From Planctomycetota bacterium (lineage in GTDB: Bacteria; Planctomycetota; Planctomycetia; Pirellulales; Lacipirellulaceae): a stretch of DNA of 12,565 nucleotides. Made by a program: the position numbers and the translations under genes. The notes beneath the pieces were generated by a model, which made no database searches, was not told the DNA's origin, and saw only the letters and a list, made by a program, of their open reading frames with translations. Positions 1-10,100 of this stretch are shown here, one piece after another (the stretch's first letter is position 1; every line of letters starts with the position of its first letter). Location: contig JBCCXZ010000090.1 in NCBI GenBank assembly GCA_039190745.1, positions 1-12,565 on the forward strand, written 5' to 3'.

Positions 1-585
1 CCGACGGAGTTCGGCGAGGACCTCTTCCAGGAACGAGTAGCCCGAAGCCCGAACCCGGCCCCAATCGATCTTCGCGGCGGCCTCGGTGCGGTAGAGGCGG
101 TAGTTGCCGCTGCAATCGGCCACCTCCAGGCCCGAAGCCAGGCGGGTCAGTCGGTTCAGCGTGCCGCTCACCGCCAGCCGCGACCAGGGCCAGCCCACGA
201 TCTCCGCCCCAGGGCAGTACCGGGAGCCGATCACCACATCAGCGCCCGCTTCCGCCTTCGCAATCAACGCAGGCAACGCCTCGGGCGGGTGGCTCCAGTC
301 GGCGTCGAGCGTCGCGACCGCCCAATAGCCTTCGGCCACGGCCAGCTCGATCGAACGCTTAAGCGCCGACCCGAGGCCCAGCTTCCCCTCCCGATGCACG
401 CAGCGGAACCAACGGTGATCCCCACCAAAGCCGTCGCACCACTCGCCCGTGCCATCCGGCGAGTTATCGTCCACGACCAGCACGTCGGCGTGCGGCAGCG
501 ACCGGTGAACAGCATCCACCAACGAGGGGAGCGTCTCACGCTCGTTGAACGTAGCCAGGGCGACAAGCACACGCGGCTGGCTCAT
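1..585 (-). CDS. GT2-family glycosyltransferase, polyprenol monophosphomannose synthase (Ppm1/DPM1)-like; 3' end outside window
   Basis: Not in the ORF track because there is no stop in the window. Translated by hand from ATG at 585: MSQPRVLVALATFNERETL...VLVVDDNSPDGTG...HREGKLGLGSA...TLDADWSHPPE...DVVIGSRY...DCSGNYRLYR. These are the DPM1-like motifs (TFNE, DDNSPDGT, DxD, GSRY). Open for 195 codons to position 1. Confidence 0.9.
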   Translation of the reverse strand, partial: MSQPRVLVALATFNERETLPSLVDAVHRSLPHADVLVVDDNSPDGTGEWCDGFGGDHRWFRCVHREGKLGLGSALKRSIELAVAEGYWAVATLDADWSHPPEALPALIAKAEAGADVVIGSRYCPGAEIVGWPWSRLAVSGTLNRLTRLASGLEVADCSGNYRLYRTEAAAKIDWGRVRASGYSFLEEVLAELRR

Positions 586-779
586 GGGTGCACGGCTTCG
601 GGCTTCCAGCGGAAAAGGGGACGAAGCCGAGGACGAGGGGAATGGAAACGCTTTTGTGCTTTCCCCTTACCTTTTTCAATCGTCTTCAGCAGGGCAGAAG
701 ACTAACCATCGGCTGTGGGAGAGTAGCGTTCCTCTCCTGTCATCTCCAATATCCCCCCGATCTCCTTCCCTTCAATAGA

Positions 780-1727
780 TCAACTAGCCACCGACCGGTA
801 GTAATCGATCGACCGCAGCAAGCCGTCCCGGAAGTCGACCTGTGGCTCGTACCCAAGCACTTCGCGCGACTTGGAAATGTCCGCTAGGCTCTCCTTGGGG
901 TCGCCCGCCCGCGGCGGCTGGAATTCCGGCTCCAGCTCGATGCCCAGGGCCGCGTTGATCGCGTCGATCAGCTCCAGCAGCGTGGTCTGTTCTCCCCGGG
1001 CGACGTTGAAGCAGCCCCCGGCGGCGGCGGGCGTCTCTGCGGCGGCGAGGTTCGCCTGCACCACGTCCTCCACAAACACAAAATCCCGCGATTGTTTGCC
1101 GTCGCCGAACACCACCGGCCGCGAGCCCGACAGCATCCTCGTGACAAACTTCGGGATGACCGCCGAGTACTCCCCTTCCGGGTCTTGCCGGGGGCCGTAC
1201 ACGTTGAAGTACCGCAGGCTCACCGCGTGCAGATCGAAGCACTCGGCGAACGCCCGGCAGTACATCTCACCGGCGATCTTCGCCGCCGCGTAGGGCGACA
1301 TCGGCGACGGAGGGTCCGACTCGCGTTTCGCGCCCGCGGTCGCGTCGCCGTAGGCTGCGCTCGACGCCGCGTACACCACCCGGCCGACGCCCAGGCGTTG
1401 GGCCGCATCGAGCACCCGCACCGTTCCCGTCGCGCAGTGCTCGTGAGAAGCAACCGGGCTGCGCACGCTGGCCGGCACCGACGCCATCGCCGACTGATGG
1501 AACACGACGTCCACGCCGTCGATCGCGGCGTCCAGCGCCTCCGGCTGCAGCACGTCGCCCTCGACAAACGAAACCGGCCCGCCGATTCCGCCGATCGCTT
1601 CGAGGTTCGCACGCTTGCCAGTGCTCAGGTTGTCCAGCACCCGCACGTTGACGCCCCGTGCTGCCAAGGCCGCGGTGATGTGGGAGCCGATGAACCCCGC
1701 CCCGCCCGTAACCAGCGCCGAATCCAT
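780..1727 (-). CDS. NAD-dependent nucleotide-sugar epimerase/dehydratase (extended SDR; WbpP/UDP-GlcNAc 4-epimerase-like)
   Basis: 315 aa. Has the TGGAGFIGS Rossmann motif, ASSAAYG, catalytic YAAAK, LRYFNVYGPRQDP and GDGKQSRDF. GGAG lies upstream of the ATG. The exact substrate cannot be assigned. Confidence 0.92.
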   Translation of the reverse strand: MDSALVTGGAGFIGSHITAALAARGVNVRVLDNLSTGKRANLEAIGGIGGPVSFVEGDVLQPEALDAAIDGVDVVFHQSAMASVPASVRSPVASHEHCATGTVRVLDAAQRLGVGRVVYAASSAAYGDATAGAKRESDPPSPMSPYAAAKIAGEMYCRAFAECFDLHAVSLRYFNVYGPRQDPEGEYSAVIPKFVTRMLSGSRPVVFGDGKQSRDFVFVEDVVQANLAAAETPAAAGGCFNVARGEQTTLLELIDAINAALGIELEPEFQPPRAGDPKESLADISKSREVLGYEPQVDFRDGLLRSIDYYRSVAS

Positions 1728-1833
1728 CGTTCTCTCCGGAGTTGGGAGTCACCCAGTAGCAAGGCACATGAAGCGGACCAACACGACGGCGGCCGTCGCC
1801 GCAGGGCGCTGAGCCATCCAGTCGCTCCCCCAC

Positions 1834-3201
1834 TCAGCCAGAACGGGGCAGCCTGCGACCAGATTCTAGCTCACTGAAGAGCGTCCGGAACTGCCGCCCC
1901 GGCACAACCCGGGCCACGCCCGTCTCGGCGTCGTCGATGACCAGCACGTCCTGCTCGCCGCGGTCGGTCGCCAGAGGATGCCGGGCGGCTACCGTTGAGC
2001 TGCGGCGGCCCATCTCAAGCATCGGGAAATGGTCGTAAGCCGACTTCAGAACCCCGGCTCCGCAGTACGGCGCCTCGACCGCGATCTCCTCGTCGAACGC
2101 TTCCCGGAAGGGGTCTTCCGCTAGGGGGGGCCGGGCCGGTTCTTCCGGTGCCGGTAACGGGGCCTCTCCAGCAGCGACAACCAAATCTTCCAAACGCGGT
2201 TCGCTCGCGGCGCCTCCCCGGGCAAAAGGGATCGAAGCCGGGGTGTCGTCGTCTGTCGATTCAAGGTCGCCGTCCTCTTGCTCGACCGCGGTGAAGCAGA
2301 CCTCTGCGGTGGCGGCGTCGGCCGAGAGCTCGCCAAATTCCACCACGTCGCCGCCGACCGAACTCGACTCCGCTACCGCGCCGGTCGAGGGGATTTGCTG
2401 AAGCTCGCACCACGCCCGTTCTACCGCCGCTGCGTCTGCCGGCGCGGACTCGGATTCGGCCGCGTCCCATACCACTTGGTCGCAGAGCTGATTCACCAGC
2501 CGCGGCAACCCGGCGGTCGACTGCCAGACCGCTTCCATCGCTTCGTCGGTGAAGAGGTCTTTCGGTTCGATGCCGACCGCCTCGATGTGCGCCGCCACGT
2601 ACCGCAGCATCTCGTCGTGCCCCAGCGGCGTCAGGTAGTTGCGCGCCGAGACCCGTTGGTTGAGGGCCTTCAGCCGGGGCTCGGCGACGATCTCCTCAAG
2701 CTCGGCGCCACCCGCCAGCACCAGGGCGACCATCGGCTCGCCGCCCCGCACCAGGCTCGAAAGCGCTCGCAGCTCTTCGAAAACCTCGGGGCCCAAGAGC
2801 TCGGCCTCGTCTACCAGCAGCAGGAGCTTGCTTGCCGAGGGCTTCTCGCGTTGCAGGCGGTCGACCAGCGCCAGCCGCAGCTCGCCTTCTTCGAGCCCTT
2901 TGTAGGGAACGCCCAAGCGGAACAGGATCGTCCGCAGCAGGTCGGCCCGGCCGCCGATCTGAGACCCGACCAGCGGCGCCACGTCGCACGAGTCGTGGAA
3001 CTGATGCCGCACCACGTCCAGCAGCATCGTCTTGCCCGTGCCGGACGACCCGATCAGCAGCGACGGCCCTTCGTCGCGGAAAATCGCCCGGGCGATCCGT
3101 TTGCGGCACTGCTCCGAGGCCGCAGCCGGGTAGTAACGCGAGGCGTCCGCGGCGGGGGGGAAGACGCTCTCGACCATGCCGGACCGGTTGTGCTCTGACA
3201 T
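1834..3201 (-). CDS. ExeA/GspA-like AAA ATPase with an acidic, low-complexity C-terminal region
   Basis: Walker A GSSGTGKT, Walker B LLLLVDEAE, LVLAG, LNQRV and GLPRLVNQLCD are typical of the ExeA family. Start placed at ATG 3201 (AAGGA about 10 nt upstream; 455 aa) rather than the ORF-track start at 3351. Confidence 0.85.
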   Translation of the reverse strand: MSEHNRSGMVESVFPPAADASRYYPAAASEQCRKRIARAIFRDEGPSLLIGSSGTGKTMLLDVVRHQFHDSCDVAPLVGSQIGGRADLLRTILFRLGVPYKGLEEGELRLALVDRLQREKPSASKLLLLVDEAELLGPEVFEELRALSSLVRGGEPMVALVLAGGAELEEIVAEPRLKALNQRVSARNYLTPLGHDEMLRYVAAHIEAVGIEPKDLFTDEAMEAVWQSTAGLPRLVNQLCDQVVWDAAESESAPADAAAVERAWCELQQIPSTGAVAESSSVGGDVVEFGELSADAATAEVCFTAVEQEDGDLESTDDDTPASIPFARGGAASEPRLEDLVVAAGEAPLPAPEEPARPPLAEDPFREAFDEEIAVEAPYCGAGVLKSAYDHFPMLEMGRRSSTVAARHPLATDRGEQDVLVIDDAETGVARVVPGRQFRTLFSELESGRRLPRSG

Positions 3202-3413
3202 CTCGCGGAGTTCCTTCTGGGCGCTAGGCGGGTCGCGCATCCCCTGGACGCATCTCGGCCCGCCCGTGCAGGCCGGCCACTGCACATCCATGCCTCTCAA
3301 TCGGCTCCCCGAAGAGCGGCACTCCACACGTCCGCTCGGGAATACCAGCAAGTTGACGGCCGCTCGCCGGGCGTGTGAGAATCTGTATCGATCAGCAGGC
3401 TCAGGACCCGCAA

Positions 3414-4061
3414 ATGTTCCGCATCAAAATCTGCGGCGTCACCCGCCCCGAAGACGCCCGCCTTGCCGTCGAGGCGGGGGCCGACGCTGTGGGACTCAAC
3501 TTCTACGAGAAGAGCCCGCGGCGTGTACCAGCAGGTTCCCAAGGCGCCATCGTTGCAGCCGTGGGCCAGGCGCTGCCCGTCGGCGTCTTCGTCAACGCCC
3601 CGGCGTCCGCCATCGCCGCTACGGGGCTCGTGGCAGTGCAACTCCACGGCGACGAGCCCCCGGCGTTCCTCGGCAAGCTCCCCGCCGATCGCCGCATCAT
3701 CCGCGCCCGACGCCCGGGCCCGGAGGGGTTACGCGAAGTGAAGCAAGACCTGCAGGCATGCCTGGAGTCTTCAGGCCACATGCCCCACGCGGTGCTGCTC
3801 GACGCCTCGGTCCCCGGCGCCTACGGCGGCACCGGCCACCGCCTCGATTGGCAGCGGCTCACCGATCACAAAACGGTGCTGGGCGACATCCCGCTGATCC
3901 TCGCCGGCGGCCTCACGCCCGACAACATCGCCGAGGCCATCCGAGCCGTCCGCCCCGACGGGGTCGACGTCGCCAGCGGCGTTGAATCTGCCCCGGGCAT
4001 CAAAGACCCCGCCAAAGTGCGAGACTTCGTCGCCGCGGCGAGCGAAGCGATGCGTGCCTGA
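3414..4061 (+). CDS. trpF: Phosphoribosylanthranilate isomerase
   Basis: MFRIKICGVT, GADAVGLNF, SPRRV, VGVFVN, VQLHGDE, GGTG..DW, LAGGLTPDN and GVDVASGVESAPGIKD are TrpF signatures. Start placed at ATG 3414 (215 aa). Confidence 0.96.
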   Translation: MFRIKICGVTRPEDARLAVEAGADAVGLNFYEKSPRRVPAGSQGAIVAAVGQALPVGVFVNAPASAIAATGLVAVQLHGDEPPAFLGKLPADRRIIRARRPGPEGLREVKQDLQACLESSGHMPHAVLLDASVPGAYGGTGHRLDWQRLTDHKTVLGDIPLILAGGLTPDNIAEAIRAVRPDGVDVASGVESAPGIKDPAKVRDFVAAASEAMRA

Positions 4062-4100
4062 GGACCCGCCGTTCTCCCTCGGCCAGGCCGCTCAGATCAC

Positions 4101-4130
4101 TTGCCGAGTACCCCTAACCCCCAGTAAACT
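4101..4130 (+). promoter_or_regulatory. Possible sigma70-type promoter for ahcY
   Basis: TTGCCG (4101-4106), 18-nt spacer, TAAACT (4125-4130). An alternative -10-like TAAAAT lies at 4144-4149. Motif resemblance only. Confidence 0.3.
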
Positions 4131-4309
4131 ATCGCCTTTGCGTTAAAATCCGCAAACCCGACCGGTTTTCCCAACCCCGGTCTTGGCCAGTAATATCTGA
4201 GAGCGGACCGCCGCAATTACACTGGCTGAAGGCGATCAATCCGCCGCCGCAGCCTTTCCCAAACCCATTCGCTAGCGAAACCCGAGCTATCCAAAAAGGA
4301 ACACCCACC

Positions 4310-5668
<1,359 letters not shown>

Positions 5669-5698
5669 GCCGGGTGACCGAGACCTTTGAAATCCACG

Positions 5699-5729
5699 AA
5701 GCCGCCGGGGCAACCCGGCGGCTTTTTCT
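5699..5729 (+). terminator. Rho-independent terminator of ahcY
   Basis: AAGCCGCCGGG-GCAA-CCCGGCGGCTT: a perfect 11-bp stem with a GNRA tetraloop, ending in a T5 run, 30 nt after the ahcY stop. Confidence 0.9.
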
Positions 5730-5813
5730 GTTGAGGGATGTTCACATTCCGTGAACCAGCATCGCCCGCGGTTCCGCACCCCAGGGCCATCGCATACACT
5801 CACGGCCCCAGGC

Positions 5814-5848
5814 AATCCGAAATCCGCACTCCGAAATCCGCAATCCAG
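5814..5848 (+). repeat. Tandem heptamer repeat, 5 x AATCCG(C/A)-like
   Basis: AATCCGA AATCCGC ACTCCGA AATCCGC AATCCAG, ending 2 nt before the ATG at 5851. Confidence 0.85.
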
Positions 5849-5850
5849 CC

Positions 5851-7203
<1,353 letters not shown>

Positions 7204-7205
7204 AC

Positions 7206-7285
7206 CCGGATCGCGGAATCCGGAATTCAGAGTCACGGCTGGTGTTGGACTATTCCGCAATCCGCAATCCGAACCCCGCAATCGC
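7206..7285. repeat. Inverted pair of heptamer arrays (same AATCCGC family) between convergent genes
   Basis: Left arm CCGGATC GCGGAAT CCGGAAT TCAGAGT (7206-7233) consists of reverse-complement units. Right arm ATTCCGC AATCCGC AATCCGA ACCCCGC AATCGC (7252-7285). The arms can form an imperfect hairpin. Confidence 0.8.
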
Positions 7286-7286
7286 T

Positions 7287-7302
7287 TGTTCCACGTGGAA
7301 CT
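7287..7302. promoter_or_regulatory. parS: parS centromere-like site (ParB loading site) 1
   Basis: TGTTCCACGTGGAACT: perfect 14-bp palindrome core, matching TGTTNCACGTGNAACA at all but the last base. parAB is in the same window. Confidence 0.85.
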
Positions 7303-7320
7303 CTACGGCCCGAACAACGC

Positions 7321-7806
7321 TCAAACACCGCCAATGTGTTTGAGCAAGAAGTCCGTCACCCGCTGCGGGTTGATGATCCCGCGGACCGTTTCGTCCGAGT
7401 CGAGCACCGGCACATGGCGGAAGCCGGTCACGGCCATCACCGAGAGCGCGGCCCCGCTCGCATCGCTGTCGTAGACAAACGTCGGCGACTTCGTCATCAC
7501 CTCTCGGAGCGGCTTCTCCCGGCTGCTCTCGAAATCTTCCGACACGCTGTTCAGCACGTCCCGCACGCTGAACGTGCCCACCAGCTCCCCGTCCTCCACC
7601 ACCAGCAGGCAGGCCGCGTCTCCCTCGCTCATCACCCGCACCGCCTCGCCGGCCGTCACCCCCGGGCCCACGGTCGATACCGGCCAAGAGCGGATCGACG
7701 ACACCGGTTCCTCGGCCAGTGCCTTTTCCAGTGCGTCGGAGTACTCGGGCGGGTCGTAATTCTCCAGCGGGTCCTGGAACCCGCCCTCGCTTGGGTTGCT
7801 CGTCAT
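7321..7806 (-). CDS. Stand-alone CBS-domain (Bateman module) protein
   Basis: 161 aa from ATG 7806, 4 nt after the upstream CBS gene stop. Two CBS repeats: CLLVVEDGELVGTFSVRDVL and VMTKSP...FRHVPVLDSDETVRGII. Confidence 0.88.
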   Translation of the reverse strand: MTSNPSEGGFQDPLENYDPPEYSDALEKALAEEPVSSIRSWPVSTVGPGVTAGEAVRVMSEGDAACLLVVEDGELVGTFSVRDVLNSVSEDFESSREKPLREVMTKSPTFVYDSDASGAALSVMAVTGFRHVPVLDSDETVRGIINPQRVTDFLLKHIGGV

Positions 7807-7810
7807 CTTG

Positions 7811-8281
7811 CTAGGCCCCTTCCCGTTCTGAGGTCGGCTTGCTGCCAACGCGTTGCACCATCACCTGCTGCGGGTAGTGCTCGGCGATGTACTCCATCAT
7901 GCCCTTCTGGCCGGTCAGCGCGACCGCCCTCCCCTCCCCGTCCGTAACCACGACGAACCGGACGTCCTGCTCGTGCATCGCCTTGAGCACCTCCAGCACC
8001 GGGGCCGTCTGACGGACCACGGCCCATTTCGGGTCGAGGAAGTCCGCAACCGTCCGGTGGTCGAGCACGCCAGGATCGCTGGCCAGCAGGTTCACCAGGC
8101 TGCTCTCGGTGAAGGTGCCCAGCGGTTTGCCGCCGCCGTCCACCACAACCACACAGCCCAGCTGCTTCGCCTTCATCGTGGTCACCGCCATACGCGGAGA
8201 AGTCTCCGGGCCGACCAGCAACGCCTCACGCAGCGGCAGCCGCGAGACCGGTTCGGCCTTGATACTCTGTTGAAGCCCCAT
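7811..8281 (-). CDS. Stand-alone CBS-domain (Bateman module) protein
   Basis: 156 aa with GGAG upstream. CBS repeats GCVVVVDGGGKPLGTFTESSL and VRFVVVTDGEGRAVALTG. Confidence 0.88.
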   Translation of the reverse strand: MGLQQSIKAEPVSRLPLREALLVGPETSPRMAVTTMKAKQLGCVVVVDGGGKPLGTFTESSLVNLLASDPGVLDHRTVADFLDPKWAVVRQTAPVLEVLKAMHEQDVRFVVVTDGEGRAVALTGQKGMMEYIAEHYPQQVMVQRVGSKPTSEREGA

Positions 8282-8553
8282 GCAGTCTCCGTTTCTCTTC
8301 TATGGAAGTCGTAACCGCCTCCACAGGTATGGCAGCAAACCACGGGCCGCTCGGCGGCTCGAAAGGAAAACAAGCAACCCCTGCCGTACCGCAGGCATGG
8401 GACCTCACCGTCGACGACTGTGCAGACCCGCCCACATGCCCGCACACCCGCACAGCCCATCGAGGGCAGATTCCAGGGTCGCCCACCCGCGACCGTTGCT
8501 CACCGCACGGCGGCGTGCCGCTCAGGACCGAAACAACGACTCGGCAAGCTGCG

Positions 8554-8569
8554 TGTTCCACGTGAAACA
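8554..8569. promoter_or_regulatory. parS: parS site 2
   Basis: TGTTCCACGTGAAACA is a canonical parS. The dyad extends to GCG...CGC (8551-8572). Confidence 0.93.
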
Positions 8570-8585
8570 CGCCGACCTGGCTGGT

Positions 8586-8601
8586 TGTTTCACGTGGAAC
8601 A
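8586..8601. promoter_or_regulatory. parS: parS site 3
   Basis: TGTTTCACGTGGAACA is the exact reverse complement of site 2. Confidence 0.93.
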
Positions 8602-9306
8602 CCGCCGTAATCGATTCCACAGGCGAACCGTCATCGATCTCAACCACAAGATCATCACCAAGCTGCAGACCTGCCCGCCGATCATCAGGCCCCCTAGCCC
8701 GTAGACCCAACCGACCGGCAAACCAAGCCACTTGATCCACCACAGCAAGAAAGAGAGCACCGCGGTTGCGACAAAGAGGTGGCGTATCGGGAAACTGAAA
8801 TTCGTCAGGTCGGCAAGCAGCGGCTTATCTTGAAAACCCTCGCTTTGCGAGGCGCCCAGGATCGCCCCCAACTGGCAAGTCGCGGCAACGGGAAGGAAGA
8901 AGAGTGCCGTATCGACATTCCCAATCTGTTCAGAAACCAACAACGCGATCGGGCAAGACAGTACAGTCACCGAAGCACTCCCCATGAGCCCCGCGACGTA
9001 GAGCATCTCATCCTCAAGGCCGACCGCACGCCACGCCTTCGAGGCCCCGACGGCAACCATCGCCCCGATCACCCAAAGAGCGAAACGCAGCAGGAGCGCC
9101 GCAATGGCAACGTACACTAAGGTGACCGTCACATAGAAGAGAATGCCGCCCGCGAACCGCCCAAAGATGGCCGCCAACCCCGCTGCAACCAGAGCCCGCA
9201 AAAACAAGACGGCAGTCAAGAAGCCCCCGTACGCCCCGGCCCAGAAGCTCGACCCAACGTCGTAGCCCTGCGGGTGCCGATGGTTCTGCTTTTGCTGCAG
9301 CGTCAT
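8590..9306 (-). CDS. Hypothetical multi-pass membrane protein
   Basis: 238 aa with several long hydrophobic segments and an FPIRHLFVATAVLS motif. The ATG overlaps the upstream TGA (ATGA, 9303-9306). The stop codon lies inside parS3. Confidence 0.72.
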   Translation of the reverse strand: MTLQQKQNHRHPQGYDVGSSFWAGAYGGFLTAVLFLRALVAAGLAAIFGRFAGGILFYVTVTLVYVAIAALLLRFALWVIGAMVAVGASKAWRAVGLEDEMLYVAGLMGSASVTVLSCPIALLVSEQIGNVDTALFFLPVAATCQLGAILGASQSEGFQDKPLLADLTNFSFPIRHLFVATAVLSFLLWWIKWLGLPVGWVYGLGGLMIGGQVCSLVMILWLRSMTVRLWNRLRRCST

Positions 9307-10100
9307 GATTTCGGGGAACCGAGTGGAGTTGCGGTTGTGTCGGCTCTTTCAAGCGGCCGTGCCAGCCCGGGCGCCTCGGTTGCCTGCCAGCGGGAAAGCA
9401 ACAATAAGCCAACCGCCATTGAGGGCAGTTGCACGCAGAGCCACACGCCCGTGAGAGCAAGGCTCAGCTCAATCGGGGCCACACCGAGCCGGCTCAAACC
9501 TACCAGGAACGTCAGGCAGACGCTCGCTAGCGTGGTCAGGCCAAACAGGTCTCGCAAGCCGAAGCAGCCTTGCCCGATCTCCGCGTCTAGCGACCCGATG
9601 CCTGCCGCCCCACGCACCCGCAGTGCGCCGGCAACGCCCCCGGCCTGCCCCATCAGCGAAGCAAGAACGGGACCAAGCAAAACCACGTCGAGGCGCCATG
9701 GCCCGTCCGTCAAGAAGTACAGCCCCCAGCAGAGCCAGCCGCAGGCGCCGCCAACGCACGACGCCAGCACCATCGATCCAGCTTTGACCCTCGTCACGCG
9801 GCTCGCTATCCACGCCCCCAAGAGACAAGTGCTGCCGCACACAAACGCGGAGTAGAGGAAGCCTATGGCGAACCCGTAGAAGCTGCAGGCGAGGAAGCCG
9901 AAGGCAAGAGCCAGTAGCAACCCGATCGCCGACGCCACGCTCGTAACCCTTGACCCGGCGTCGAAGGCATGCCAGCCGACGAACACAAACGAAACGAGCA
10001 TGCCGTAGAAACCGCCCGCAACCGAGACGCCTAGCAGAGTGAACGACCAATAGTCTTGAGACGACCTCCCTGCGACTGGTGGTTCGACGGTCTGCGTCAT
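9303..10100 (-). CDS. Hypothetical multi-pass membrane protein (distant paralog of the downstream gene)
   Basis: 265 aa from ATG 10100 (GGAGAAAGG upstream). Gly-rich hydrophobic segments and an FGLRDLFGLTTLAS motif. Confidence 0.72.
   Translation of the reverse strand: MTQTVEPPVAGRSSQDYWSFTLLGVSVAGGFYGMLVSFVFVGWHAFDAGSRVTSVASAIGLLLALAFGFLACSFYGFAIGFLYSAFVCGSTCLLGAWIASRVTRVKAGSMVLASCVGGACGWLCWGLYFLTDGPWRLDVVLLGPVLASLMGQAGGVAGALRVRGAAGIGSLDAEIGQGCFGLRDLFGLTTLASVCLTFLVGLSRLGVAPIELSLALTGVWLCVQLPSMAVGLLLLSRWQATEAPGLARPLERADTTATPLGSPKS

Noticed and set aside
586..779. Purine/pyrimidine tracts with an AGGGGAA/TTCCCCT stem and ATCTCC-like repeats
   Set aside because: Short and irregular, with no convincing terminator or repeat unit.
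3414..4061. trpF outside a trp operon
   Set aside because: Dispersed trp genes are common in many lineages, so this is not notable on its own.
4062..4309. Assignment of the ahcY leader to SAH, SAM-I or glycine riboswitch classes
   Set aside because: Only fragments resemble them (GCCAGGC, ATCTGAGAG, CTGAAGG). The order and spacing of the core motifs do not fit.
8381..8520. Small hairpins and GCACACCC-like octamer repeats upstream of the CBS operon
   Set aside because: Stems of 5-6 bp and 3-4 degenerate units are expected by chance at this GC content.
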